A DNA stretch of 64,000 bases from an uncultured Eubacteriales bacterium. Its GTDB lineage: Bacteria; Bacillota; Peptococcia; Peptococcales; SKKY01. Below are positions 1 to 9,761 of the stretch, one piece after another; the first letter of the stretch is position 1; each line of letters starts with the position of its first letter. Under the pieces are notes generated by a model. The model was not told where the DNA came from. It ran no database searches and was given only the letters and a program-made list of their open reading frames with translations. The translations under genes were made by a program, and so were the position numbers. The DNA lies in assembly GCA_964574445.1 (NCBI GenBank), contig CAZNNQ010000005.1, positions 5,092-69,091 on the forward strand, in the 5' to 3' direction.

Positions 1-2
1 AT

Positions 3-197
3 TCAACAGCTGCAGCTGCGGGGGTAAATGAAGGAGCAGAACTTTTAGCAGTTGATGATGTTCCAGTTGAGAATTTCGAATTAGGTGTTAACGAAGCAGT
101 TTATAGACTTGCAGGTAGAAGCGATACTACAGTTAAAATAAAGGTTATTCAAGATGGTGAAGAAAAAGAGTTTCAGTTTGATAGAATAATGAATTAA
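3..197 (+). CDS. 3' end of a truncated ORF with a PDZ-like C-terminal domain (protease tail likely)
   Basis: Frame 3 is open from the window edge to TAA at 195-197. My translation, ...AAAGVNEGAELLAVDDVPVENFELGVNEAVYRLAGRSDTTVKIKVIQDGEEKEFQFDRIMN, looks like a PDZ domain. The N-terminus lies outside the window. Confidence 0.4.
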   Translation, partial: STAAAAGVNEGAELLAVDDVPVENFELGVNEAVYRLAGRSDTTVKIKVIQDGEEKEFQFDRIMN

Positions 198-198
198 T

Positions 199-1698
199 TT
201 ATAACAATGGAGAAAAAAGTTTTGCCCAGGATTCTAATAGGATTCTGGGTATTTTTTTCTTCTCGATATCTTCCATTGTAATTTCTTTAGCTGATTCCAA
301 ATCATAGTAGAAACTTTCTTCCAATCTACATGCAAGCTTTCGATCATAAACAAAAGCATTTATTTCAAAGTTCATTGAAAAACTTCGTACATCAAAATTA
401 GCGCTTCCTATGGAGGAGACTTCACTATCAACTACAATAGTTTTTGAATGAACAAAACTTTCTTTATCATATTCATAAACCCTTACTCCAGCTTGAAGCA
501 ACTCTTTTGTATATGACGAGGAGGCAAAAGTCATAAAAATATAATCAGATTTTCCAGGTATTAAAACTTTCACATCAATTCCAGAGAGAGCCGCATTTGT
601 TATTGCCATAAGCAAACTTTCGTTTGGAACAAAATATGGTGTCGTAATATAAATACTTTTGCGGGCATTAGAAACCATAGCAAAATACATTTGCATTATT
701 GATTCCCACTCAGAGTCTGGCCCACCTTTTACAATTTGGAGTACTGTTTTTTTATAATTATCTTCTTCCTTTATAGTTGGAAAATATCTTTCGCTCTTTA
801 GAGACTCTTTAGAAAGATAATACCAGTCAGATATAAATACATTTTGAAGGTGTTTAGTTCCTTCTCCGATAATTTTCAAATGGGTATCTCTCCAAATTTT
901 TATGCCATTATAATTTCCTTCATAATCTTTTCCAATGTTAAAACCACCAACGTATCCAGTTTTGCCATCAATAATTAATATTTTGCGATGATTTCTATAA
1001 TTAATTCTATTATTTATTATTGGAAAAATAACAGGTGAAAAACAAATAGCTTGGATTCCATTATCAGTAAAATTTTTGATGAAATCTTTGCTGATCCTTA
1101 TATTCCCCATACCATCATAAATAATCCGAACCTCAATACCTTCACTTGCCTTTTTAATTAAATGTTTTTGTATTCTTTTTCCAGTTTCATCATCTCGAAA
1201 AATATAAAACTCCATATGGATGTGGTCAGTTGCCTTGTCTATTTCTGAGATAAAATCGTCAAAAGTTGCCTTTCCATCTGTAAAAATTTCTGTATTGTTC
1301 CTATAACTAAGTTGTGAGTCTTCCATATTATGAAGTAATGTTATTAATTTTTTCTTATCGGGGATATATTGTTCGATGTATTCTAAAGGCTCTTTGGGAT
1401 TAATTTTCTCTTTTTCGAAGACAGCTTTAAATTCTTTAATTGAGAGACGTTTTTTCTTTTTGTATTTTTTGATATTAACAAATTTATGTCCAAAAACTAG
1501 GTATAAAAAAAATCCGAATATTGGGAATACAAATAAAATCAATAACCAAGCAATGGTTTTCTCTGGGCGTTGATTTTCATAAAAGATTATTATAGATATC
1601 ATAATTACAGAGATTGCAATAAAGAGTGCGAAAATCTCTCCAGGTCCAAACTGTTTATTTATAAAAATCAATTCATAAATTCTACTAAAAAAGGACAT
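199..1698 (-). CDS. cls: cardiolipin synthase (PLD superfamily)
   Basis: 499 aa with N-terminal TM helices. Two HKD motifs are present: HRKILIIDGKTGYVGGFN and HSKTIVVDSEVSSIGSAN. Confidence 0.9.
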   Translation of the reverse strand: MSFFSRIYELIFINKQFGPGEIFALFIAISVIMISIIIFYENQRPEKTIAWLLILFVFPIFGFFLYLVFGHKFVNIKKYKKKKRLSIKEFKAVFEKEKINPKEPLEYIEQYIPDKKKLITLLHNMEDSQLSYRNNTEIFTDGKATFDDFISEIDKATDHIHMEFYIFRDDETGKRIQKHLIKKASEGIEVRIIYDGMGNIRISKDFIKNFTDNGIQAICFSPVIFPIINNRINYRNHRKILIIDGKTGYVGGFNIGKDYEGNYNGIKIWRDTHLKIIGEGTKHLQNVFISDWYYLSKESLKSERYFPTIKEEDNYKKTVLQIVKGGPDSEWESIMQMYFAMVSNARKSIYITTPYFVPNESLLMAITNAALSGIDVKVLIPGKSDYIFMTFASSSYTKELLQAGVRVYEYDKESFVHSKTIVVDSEVSSIGSANFDVRSFSMNFEINAFVYDRKLACRLEESFYYDLESAKEITMEDIEKKKIPRILLESWAKLFSPLL

Positions 1699-1833
1699 TT
1701 TTTACTCCTTCTGAAATTTGCATTTTTTTAATACTAAATTATAATATTTAGAATACCCAATTTTCAGAAAAATCTATCTGTTTATTATGGTATAATATTT
1801 TAATTATAAATTTCCAAATAAGGAGAGATTAAC

Positions 1834-3012
1834 TTGATCAGTATTAGCAAACTTGTTACCGAAAGTAATAATTATGGAGATCAATTGAGATATAGTGCAA
1901 ATTCAACAGGGAATAAACATGGTGCATTAATAGATCATGGTCCAGTTGTTGTTTGGAATGTTACTAAGGCATGTAATTTAAAATGTGTCCACTGCTATGC
2001 AAAGGCTGAAAGTGGTCCAGCAGAAGGAGAATTGACTACTGCAGAAGCTAAAAATATGATTGATGATTTAGCTACATTTAAAGTTCCCGTGTTATTAATT
2101 TCTGGTGGAGAACCACTAATTCGTCCAGATATTTTTGAATTGTGCGAATATGCAATTTCTAAAGGGATTAGAGTTACAATTTCAACAAATGGTACTCTTA
2201 TTACTCCAGAGGTGGCAAAAAGAATAAAACAAATTGGGATAAGCTATGTGGGGATAAGTCTCGATGGCTTAGAAGATACTAATAATAAATTCAGAGGAAA
2301 TAATAAAGCTTTCCAAAAGGCTCTAGAAGGAATTAGAAATTGCCAAAAAGTAGGGCAAAAAGTTGGTTTGAGATTTACTATAAATAAACATAATTATAAA
2401 GAAATTGATGGGATTTTTGAGTTAATAGAAAAAGAAAAAATTCCTAGAGTATGCTTCTATCATCTTGTTTATTCAGGAAGAGGCAAGGAATTAATTGAAG
2501 AAGATATAAGTCATGAAGAAAAAAGAAATGTAATTGACAATATTGTAAATCACACAATAGATTTTTATGCAAAAGGTGATGAAAAAGAGATTCTTACAGT
2601 AGATAACCACTGTGATGCAGTTTATATTTATACAAGATATCTTGAAAAAGATCCAGAAAGAGCTCAAAAGATTTATGATCTTATTAAACTTAATGGTGGA
2701 AATCGTTCAGGAATTGCAATAGGTGAAATTGATTGGTTAGGGAATGTACACGCCGATCAGTTTACTATGAATCATACTTTTGGAAATGTAAGAGAAAAAA
2801 AATTCAGTGAAATATGGACCGAAGCTGCTCACCCCATACTAGAAGGGATGAAAGATAGAAAATCTCTATTAAAAGGTAGATGTAGTAAGTGTAAATATCT
2901 TGAATTATGTAATGGGAATTTTAGACCAAGAGCAGAAGCTGTTTTTGACGATTTCTGGATGGAAGATCCTGCTTGTTATCTTACTGATGAAGAAATTGGT
3001 TTAGGAGAGTGA
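1834..3012 (+). CDS. radical SAM/SPASM enzyme of the alternative heme pathway (NirJ-like; tentatively AhbC, 12,18-didecarboxysiroheme deacetylase)
   Basis: CNLKCVHCY (CX3CX2C) motif, GGEPL motif, and a Cys-rich C-terminus (CSKCKYLELC). TTG start 8 nt after AAGGAGAG. It is paired with a second NirJ-like gene and two AhbA/B-like genes. The AhbC versus AhbD assignment is based on length only. Confidence 0.7.
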   Translation: MISISKLVTESNNYGDQLRYSANSTGNKHGALIDHGPVVVWNVTKACNLKCVHCYAKAESGPAEGELTTAEAKNMIDDLATFKVPVLLISGGEPLIRPDIFELCEYAISKGIRVTISTNGTLITPEVAKRIKQIGISYVGISLDGLEDTNNKFRGNNKAFQKALEGIRNCQKVGQKVGLRFTINKHNYKEIDGIFELIEKEKIPRVCFYHLVYSGRGKELIEEDISHEEKRNVIDNIVNHTIDFYAKGDEKEILTVDNHCDAVYIYTRYLEKDPERAQKIYDLIKLNGGNRSGIAIGEIDWLGNVHADQFTMNHTFGNVREKKFSEIWTEAAHPILEGMKDRKSLLKGRCSKCKYLELCNGNFRPRAEAVFDDFWMEDPACYLTDEEIGLGE

Positions 3013-3016
3013 AATA

Positions 3017-4003
3017 TTGATTATATCCTGGAATACTACAAATAAGTGTAATATGTATTGTGATCATTGTTATCGTGAAAGCGGAGAAGAATCCCTTGGT
3101 GAACTTACCACAGAACAAGGGAAAAAGTTAATTACTGAAATTAAAAAAGCAGGCTTTATGATTATGATATTTAGTGGTGGTGAGCCATTAATGCGTCCTG
3201 ATATAGTAGAGTTAATTGCTCATGCAAAAAATCAGGGGCTACGTCCAGTTATAGGTTCTAATGGGACACTTTTAACAGAAGAATTAGCCTATAAACTGAA
3301 GGAAGCTGGAGCCGTAAGGATTGGTATTAGCCTAGATAGTCTTGATCCTAAAAAACATAATAAGCTTAGAAAATATGAAAATGCCTTTGAAGAGGCTGTT
3401 AGAGGGATGGAGATTTGTAATAAAGTTGGACTTGAGTTTCAGATCCACACAACAGTAATGAAGTGGAATTTACAAGAAATGGAAGCTTTGACTGACTTTG
3501 CTGTTGAAAAGGGTGCAAAAGCCCACCACTTATTTTTTCTAATACCCACAGGGAGAGGTCTAAATATAGAGTCTGATATGTTGAATGAAGAAGAATACGA
3601 AGAAGTATTGAATCAGGTATTGGAAAAGCAAAAAGAGGTTAATATTGAAATTAAGCCAACTTGTGCTCCCCAATTTATGAGAATTGCTAAAGAAAAAGAA
3701 ATGAACATGAGATTTTCTAAAGGTTGTATTGCTGGAATTAGTTACTGTATTATTTCTCCAAAAGGCGATGTACAGCCTTGTGCATACTTTGACTTAAGAG
3801 TTGGTAATGTTAAGGAAGAAGCTTTTGACAAAATATGGAAAGATAGTCCAGTTTTTGAAAAAATGAGAACGGAAGAATACAGTGGTGGCTGTGGTATATG
3901 TGATCATAAAAGTATTTGTGGTGGCTGCCGAGCAAGAGCATACTACAACTATGAAGGCGATTACATGGCAGAAGATACCTGGTGTATATTAAATAAAGCG
4001 TGA
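3017..4003 (+). CDS. radical SAM/SPASM enzyme of the alternative heme pathway (NirJ-like; tentatively AhbD, heme b synthase)
   Basis: CNMYCDHCY motif, GGEPLMRPD motif, and a C-terminal SPASM-type cluster (GGCGICDHKSICGGCRARA). Confidence 0.7.
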   Translation: MIISWNTTNKCNMYCDHCYRESGEESLGELTTEQGKKLITEIKKAGFMIMIFSGGEPLMRPDIVELIAHAKNQGLRPVIGSNGTLLTEELAYKLKEAGAVRIGISLDSLDPKKHNKLRKYENAFEEAVRGMEICNKVGLEFQIHTTVMKWNLQEMEALTDFAVEKGAKAHHLFFLIPTGRGLNIESDMLNEEEYEEVLNQVLEKQKEVNIEIKPTCAPQFMRIAKEKEMNMRFSKGCIAGISYCIISPKGDVQPCAYFDLRVGNVKEEAFDKIWKDSPVFEKMRTEEYSGGCGICDHKSICGGCRARAYYNYEGDYMAEDTWCILNKA

Positions 4004-4010
4004 GGTTGTT

Positions 4011-4469
4011 ATGGATAATACAGATAAAAGAATTCTTCAGATAATTCAACATGACTTTCCTTTAACCACTAGACCATATGAGGTAATAGGAAATAGGTTG
4101 GATTTATCTGAAGAAGAAGTAATTGAAAGAATAAGGGGTCTAAAAGAAGATAAGATTATAAGAAGGATTGGTGGGCTTTTTTCTTCAAAAAAGTTAGGTT
4201 ACACAAGCCTTCTGTGTGCTATAAAAACTGACCCAGAAGAGGCAGATAAAGTAGCAGAGATATTAAATATTTATCCGGGAATAACCCATAATTACAATAG
4301 AAATCATGAATACAATGTTTGGTTTACTCTTATTACAGAGAATGAAGAAAATAAAAACAAAATTATTAAAGAAATAGAAATGAAAACAGGCTATTCAATA
4401 AATCAACTTCCTGCGACTAAGTTATATAAATTAAGAGCTGTTTTTAACATTCCAGAAGGAGATGAGTAA
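4011..4469 (+). CDS. siroheme decarboxylase subunit (AhbA/AhbB; NirD/L/G/H, AsnC/Lrp-like)
   Basis: 152 aa. N-terminal wHTH (DKRILQIIQHDFPLTTRPYEVIG) followed by a C-terminal alpha/beta domain, in tandem with a paralog. Confidence 0.75.
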   Translation: MDNTDKRILQIIQHDFPLTTRPYEVIGNRLDLSEEEVIERIRGLKEDKIIRRIGGLFSSKKLGYTSLLCAIKTDPEEADKVAEILNIYPGITHNYNRNHEYNVWFTLITENEENKNKIIKEIEMKTGYSINQLPATKLYKLRAVFNIPEGDE

Positions 4470-4937
4470 ATGCTAACTGAAATTCAGAAAGAAATAATAA
4501 AGGTTCTTCAGGAAGATATTCCAAATACAAAGGAGCCATTTGTTCAAATTGCAAAAGAGCTTAGCATTTCCGAAGAGGACCTTTTAAATGAAATAAAGTT
4601 TTTAACAGATGAAGGTTATTTGAGAAGATTTGGTGCTGTTCTTGCTCATAGAAGAATTGGTTTAAATTATAATCCTATGATAGTAATTGAGACAAAAGAA
4701 GAGTACATAGATAGTTTGGGTGAGAGAATAGCTTCTTTTAGTGAAGTGACACACTGTTATCAACGACCTAGAATGGTCGATTTTCCCTATGATTTGTATG
4801 CAATGATTCACTGCAACTCGGAAAAAGATGTAATTGAGATAGTGAAAAAGATTACTAATGACGAGAGAATAATCTCATATAAACTTTTATATAGCCTAAA
4901 AGAATATAAAAAAACTAGTATGAAATATTTTATATAA
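4470..4937 (+). CDS. siroheme decarboxylase subunit (AhbA/AhbB paralog)
   Basis: 155 aa with the same architecture as the preceding ORF. Its start immediately follows the upstream stop, consistent with translational coupling. Confidence 0.75.
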   Translation: MLTEIQKEIIKVLQEDIPNTKEPFVQIAKELSISEEDLLNEIKFLTDEGYLRRFGAVLAHRRIGLNYNPMIVIETKEEYIDSLGERIASFSEVTHCYQRPRMVDFPYDLYAMIHCNSEKDVIEIVKKITNDERIISYKLLYSLKEYKKTSMKYFI

Positions 4938-4949
4938 GGGGGATTCTGA

Positions 4950-5765
4950 ATGCACAGTGTTGTATGTTTGAAACAAGTACCTGACGTTACAGAAGTAAAA
5001 ATAGATCCACAAACTAATACTCTTGTGAGGGTAGGAGTTCCTTCGATAATTAATCCATATGATGTAAATGCTCTTGAAGAAGCATTAAGAATAAAGGATA
5101 AATTTGGGGGTAAGGTAACCGTTATAACTATGGGTCCACAAATGGCAGAGGAAATTTTAAATAAAGCCGTTGGAATGGGAGCAGATGAGGGTATTTTACT
5201 GAGTGACAGAAGTTTTGCCGGAGCGGATACATTAGCTACAAGTTACGTTCTTGCTATGGCTATTAAAAAAATTTCAGAACAGGAAAAGGTTGATCTTATT
5301 TTTTGTGGGAAACAAGCAATTGATGGTGATACTGCTCAAGTAGGTCCTGGAATTGCTGCTCGTTTAAGCTATACATTACTAACCTATATTAATTCAATAG
5401 AAGAATGTAATCCAGAAAAAGGGTTAATAAGGGTAAAAAGAAAAGTTAAATCAGGTTATGAAATAACGGAAACAAAAATGCCAGCAGTAATTACAGCAAA
5501 TCGAGACATAAATGAAATTAGATATGAAAGTCTTCCAGATCTTATTAAAGCAGCTAAGTATAAGGCGGTTGTTTGGACTAAGAAGGATCTTGATTTAGAA
5601 GAAGCAAGACTAGGATTAAGTGGTTCACCAACAATGGTAAGAGATATTTTTGCTCCTGAAGAAAAACATGGTGGAGAGAAAATATATTTCAATGAAGATA
5701 ATTCAGAAGAAACAATTGATTATTTAATTAATAAATTAGTTCCTTCAGTTATTATTCCAAATTAA
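4950..5765 (+). CDS. etfB: electron transfer flavoprotein beta subunit (FixA/EtfB)
   Basis: 271 aa. N-terminal VCLKQVPD signature typical of EtfB. It is followed by EtfA. Confidence 0.9.
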   Translation: MHSVVCLKQVPDVTEVKIDPQTNTLVRVGVPSIINPYDVNALEEALRIKDKFGGKVTVITMGPQMAEEILNKAVGMGADEGILLSDRSFAGADTLATSYVLAMAIKKISEQEKVDLIFCGKQAIDGDTAQVGPGIAARLSYTLLTYINSIEECNPEKGLIRVKRKVKSGYEITETKMPAVITANRDINEIRYESLPDLIKAAKYKAVVWTKKDLDLEEARLGLSGSPTMVRDIFAPEEKHGGEKIYFNEDNSEETIDYLINKLVPSVIIPN

Positions 5766-5780
5766 TGGGGAGGGTTAAAA

Positions 5781-7010
5781 ATGGCACTAATTATTACAGC
5801 AAAAAAATGTATTGGCTGCGGCATTTGTGTTCAAGCTTGCCCCGTTGATGCTTTGGAAATGGTTAATGGTATTTCAGTAGTTGATGATGACAAATGTATT
5901 GAGTGCGGTAAATGTGTTCGAGTTTGTCCCACATCTGCAATTGAGTTAGAAGGATACGTAAAACCTAAAGATACAAAACCGAAAAAGATAATTACAAGGG
6001 AAGAGGCAAATACAAACTGTTCCGGAGTTTGGGTATTGGTAGAACAATTAAATGGGGAACCTGCGGAGGTATCTTGGGAGCTTATTGGAGAAGCGAGAAA
6101 ACTTGCTGATAAATTAAGTACCGAAGTAGCAGGAGTAATACTTGGAGATAATGTTGATAGAATTATCCCAGATTGTTTTGCTTTCGGAGCTGATACTGTT
6201 TATGTTGTTGACAATCCAGTATTAAAAGACTACAGAACAGAACCCTACTCTAAAGCTTTATCTGAATTAATTAAAACATATTCACCAGAAATCGTTTTAA
6301 TGGGAGCTACAACTCTTGGACGTGATCTTGCAGGTCACACAGCTACTCTTGTAAATACAGGGCTTACAGCTGACTGTACTGAGCTTTCAATAGAGGAGGA
6401 AACAAGGCTTCTACGTCAAACAAGACCGGCTTTTGGCGGTAATGTAATGGCAACTATTGTATGTGCAGATCATAGACCCCAAATGGCAACAGTTAGACCA
6501 AAGGTTATGGAAATGCCGATTAAAAAAACTGGACGAGCTGGTAAAGTTATAAGAGAAGAATTGGATATGAAAGAGGAAGACGTTTTTACAAAGATTATAG
6601 AAAAAATAGCTGAAAAATCTGGAGCTGTTTATCTAGACAAAGCAGATATAATCATAGCTGCCGGTAAAGGAATAGGTACTAAAGAAAACATGAAACTTGT
6701 AGAAGATTTGGCAGAAGTTCTTGGAGGTACTGTCGGTGCTTCAAGAGCTGCAGTTGAAGCAGGTTGGATTGATGTAAGCCATCAAATTGGCCAAACAGGG
6801 TTTACTGTAAGGCCCAAATTATATATATCTATAGGAATATCAGGAGCAATACAACATCTTGTTGGTATGCAGACATCAGAGGTTATCCTTGCAATAAATA
6901 GTGATGAAAATGCTCCAATATTTAATATTGCTGATTACGGTATAGTTGGAGATTTTCAAGTAATTGTTCCGAAGTTTACTGAAGCTTTAAGAAAAAAACT
7001 TGGTTCATAG
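5781..7010 (+). CDS. etfA: electron transfer flavoprotein alpha subunit (FixB/EtfA) with a fused N-terminal 2x[4Fe-4S] ferredoxin domain
   Basis: CIGCGICVQACP and CIECGKCVRVCP motifs at the N-terminus. C-terminal FAD signature IGISGAIQHLVGM. Confidence 0.9.
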   Translation: MALIITAKKCIGCGICVQACPVDALEMVNGISVVDDDKCIECGKCVRVCPTSAIELEGYVKPKDTKPKKIITREEANTNCSGVWVLVEQLNGEPAEVSWELIGEARKLADKLSTEVAGVILGDNVDRIIPDCFAFGADTVYVVDNPVLKDYRTEPYSKALSELIKTYSPEIVLMGATTLGRDLAGHTATLVNTGLTADCTELSIEEETRLLRQTRPAFGGNVMATIVCADHRPQMATVRPKVMEMPIKKTGRAGKVIREELDMKEEDVFTKIIEKIAEKSGAVYLDKADIIIAAGKGIGTKENMKLVEDLAEVLGGTVGASRAAVEAGWIDVSHQIGQTGFTVRPKLYISIGISGAIQHLVGMQTSEVILAINSDENAPIFNIADYGIVGDFQVIVPKFTEALRKKLGS

Positions 7011-7022
7011 GGGGGATATTGA

Positions 7023-8321
7023 GTGGAAAAATTTGATGCAATTGTTGTAGGAGCTGGACCAGCTGGACTTTCTGCTGCTTATACTATGGCAGATAAAGGT
7101 CTTAGTGTAATTGTAATTGAAAGAGGAGATTACCCTGGAGCGAAGAATGTCATGGGTGGAATACTTTATAGTGAGCCTACTTCCCAAATATTCCCAGATT
7201 TTTGGAAAGAAGCTCCCTTAGAAAGACCAATTGTAGAAGAAAATTATTGGTTTCTTACGGAAGAATCTGTTACCAAGTTTGGACATAGAAATCAAAAATT
7301 TGGGGCTGAGCCATATAATGCTTTCTCAGTTTTTAGAGCTAATTTTGATAAATGGATGGGTGAGAAACTTAAAGCTAAGGGTGGCTTACTTATATGTGAA
7401 ACTGTAGTTGAAGACATAATTGAAAGAGACGGCAAGATTGTTGGTGTTAGAACTGGCAGAGCTGAGGGGGATATTTATGCTGATGTGGTAATAGTAGCTG
7501 AAGGCGTAAATAGTATGCTTACTCAAAAATCTCTTAAAATGCAAAAAATGAACATGAAGGAAGATTATCTTGCTGTTGCAGTTAAAGAGGTAATTTATTT
7601 AGATGAAGAAAAAATAGAGGATAGGTTTGCTCTTGAAAAGGGATTTGGAGCAACTATCGAGGTTATAGGAGATTCAACTAAAGGGATGGTTGGAACAGGC
7701 TTTATTTATACTAATAAAGATAGTATTTCTATTGGAACAGGTGCTTTAATGAGTCAACTTATTAAGAGCAAGATGAGTCCTAACGATCTATTGGAATCCT
7801 TTAAAAATAATCCAATGGTAAAACCTCTTATTAGAGGTGGAGAAACAAAGGAATATGCTGGCCATATGATTCCGGAGGGTGGATATAATGCTATGCCAAA
7901 ACTTTATGGTAATGGTGTTTTAATTGTGGGAGATGCAGCTCAAATGGTGAATGGACTTCATAGAGAAGGTTCAAATATGGCAATGATTTCTGGAAAAATT
8001 GCGGGAGAAACTGTTATTGCAGCTGCTTCCAAAGGTATTTTTAATGAAGAAGCATTGTCTTCTTACCAAAAAAATCTAGAAAACACCTTTATTATTAAAG
8101 ATCTTAAAAAATATAAAAAATCATCTGAATATTTTGATCATAATCCAGAACTTTTTGCACTTTATCCAGAACTTGTTTCTGATGCCATGTATACTTTCTT
8201 TAATGTTGATGGAACACCTAAAAAAGATGTTCAGAAAAAAATGATGAAGGATGCTTTTAAAAAGAGACCAATAACCAGTATTGCAAAAGATGTTTATAAT
8301 TTCTGGAGGGTATTAGTATGA
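7023..8321 (+). CDS. fixC: FixC-type FAD-dependent oxidoreductase (ETF:quinone oxidoreductase-like)
   Basis: 432 aa. DAIVVGAGPAGLSAA dinucleotide-binding motif. Located between etfA and a FixX-like ferredoxin. Confidence 0.85.
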   Translation: MEKFDAIVVGAGPAGLSAAYTMADKGLSVIVIERGDYPGAKNVMGGILYSEPTSQIFPDFWKEAPLERPIVEENYWFLTEESVTKFGHRNQKFGAEPYNAFSVFRANFDKWMGEKLKAKGGLLICETVVEDIIERDGKIVGVRTGRAEGDIYADVVIVAEGVNSMLTQKSLKMQKMNMKEDYLAVAVKEVIYLDEEKIEDRFALEKGFGATIEVIGDSTKGMVGTGFIYTNKDSISIGTGALMSQLIKSKMSPNDLLESFKNNPMVKPLIRGGETKEYAGHMIPEGGYNAMPKLYGNGVLIVGDAAQMVNGLHREGSNMAMISGKIAGETVIAAASKGIFNEEALSSYQKNLENTFIIKDLKKYKKSSEYFDHNPELFALYPELVSDAMYTFFNVDGTPKKDVQKKMMKDAFKKRPITSIAKDVYNFWRVLV

Positions 8322-8599
8322 GTAAATTAGATGATAAACTATTTGCCAATAGGTATAAGTCATACAAGGAAACACACTTAAGGGTAACGGATCCAGAAAA
8401 ATGTTTAGGTTGTAAAGACAAGCCTTGTACTTATGTTTGTCCAGCGGGAGTCTATGCATGGAATAGTCGTGAAAATAGAATACTAACAGCATATGAAGGT
8501 TGTGTAGAATGTGGCAGCTGTAGATATGCTTGTACGTACAAGGTTATTGATTGGCAGAACCCCAAAGGTGGGTATGGAATTCAATATAAATTTGGTTAA
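8318..8599 (+). CDS. fixX: FixX-type ferredoxin-like protein
   Basis: 93 aa. Contains CPAGVY and CVECGSCRYAC. Its start overlaps the fixC stop by 4 nt. Confidence 0.85.
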   Translation: MSKLDDKLFANRYKSYKETHLRVTDPEKCLGCKDKPCTYVCPAGVYAWNSRENRILTAYEGCVECGSCRYACTYKVIDWQNPKGGYGIQYKFG

Positions 8600-8629
8600 A
8601 CCACTTAATAATTAAAATGAGGTGATCAA

Positions 8630-9397
8630 TTGTATATCGATTATCACGTCCATGCGATTGGACATGAACATAGAATCCATACAGAAGAAAATATCATGAA
8701 GTATATTGAATATGCTCGTAGGAACAATGTAAAGGAAATTGGATTTGCTGATCATTGCAGATATCTTTATGAGAAATTGGATTTGAATTTGTATGAGAAA
8801 GTCCAGGAAAAAGTTCAGGATATAAGAATTAAAGTTGGGCTGGAAATTGATTATTATCCAGATCAAATCAATGAAATTGAGAAAAAGGTAAAATACTTTG
8901 ATTATGATTATATAATTGGTTCTGTACATTACATTGGCAAATGGATGTTTGACAGTGATAAAGAAAAAAAAGAATATGAGAAATGGGATCATGATAAGCT
9001 TTATGAGAAATATATTTCTCTTGTTACCAATTCAGCAAGAAAAGATTTTTATGATATTCTTGGTCATATTGATTTAATAAAAATATTTGGTATAAAACCT
9101 GTAAAAAGTAAACCGGAAAATATATTTGCCCCATATCTTAAAGAAATTGCCAAAACTGGATTAGTAGTGGAAATTAATACAAATGGTTTAAATAAACCGG
9201 CAAAGGAAATATATCCTTCTTTTCCAATAGTACAATTACTGTTTGATAATAATATTCCTATAACTCTTTCTTCCGATGCCCATCATCCTGAAGAAGTAGG
9301 AAGGGATCTAGATAAGGCTAGGGATTTAGCAGTAAGAGCGGGGTACAAAAAGATTCCAGTATTTACAAAAAGGAGGATTCATTATGAATATTTATGA
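8630..9397 (+). CDS. PHP-family histidinol-phosphatase-like hydrolase
   Basis: 255 aa. N-terminal YIDYHVHAIGH and C-terminal SSDAHH metal ligands. TTG start after GAGGTGA. Confidence 0.75.
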   Translation: MYIDYHVHAIGHEHRIHTEENIMKYIEYARRNNVKEIGFADHCRYLYEKLDLNLYEKVQEKVQDIRIKVGLEIDYYPDQINEIEKKVKYFDYDYIIGSVHYIGKWMFDSDKEKKEYEKWDHDKLYEKYISLVTNSARKDFYDILGHIDLIKIFGIKPVKSKPENIFAPYLKEIAKTGLVVEINTNGLNKPAKEIYPSFPIVQLLFDNNIPITLSSDAHHPEEVGRDLDKARDLAVRAGYKKIPVFTKRRIHYEYL

Positions 9398-9761
9398 TTC
9401 ACTAAGACAAATGGAAAAAAGTATAAAAGGTTCAGAAGAGTATAAAAGATACCAAGATCTAAGAACTAAAATTACGGAAAAAGAAGAAACACGAGAGATA
9501 TTACTAGACATAAGAAAAAAACAAGTAGAGGTTCAAAGTTATTTAATGATGGGACAAGAAATACCTGAAGAAAAAATGAAGGAGTTAGAAAGTGTAAATC
9601 AACTTTTAACTTTTCATCCCACCATTAATGACTTTTTGCAGGCGGAATATATGCTTAGCAAGATTTTTGAAGATGTTACAAAATCTATAACAGAAACTTT
9701 TAACTTTTGGATGCCTGACTTTACCCAAGATCAGGGAGATGAGATCAATGAAAACAATTGA
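9384..9761 (+). CDS. YlbF/YmcA-family regulatory protein
   Basis: 125 aa helical protein with N-terminus MNIYDSLRQMEKSIKGSEEYKRYQ, typical of the family. AGGAGG lies upstream. Confidence 0.6.
   Translation: MNIYDSLRQMEKSIKGSEEYKRYQDLRTKITEKEETREILLDIRKKQVEVQSYLMMGQEIPEEKMKELESVNQLLTFHPTINDFLQAEYMLSKIFEDVTKSITETFNFWMPDFTQDQGDEINENN

Noticed and set aside
8612-8992. A 126-aa minus-strand ORF overlapping the PHP phosphatase gene. The same applies to similar antisense ORFs at 10633..10932, 26563..26943, 33368..33823, 51197..51544 and 63402..63665.
   Set aside because: All lie fully inside, or antisense to, well-supported conserved genes. They have low-complexity or Phe/Ile/Leu- or Ser-rich translations typical of AT-rich antisense frames.
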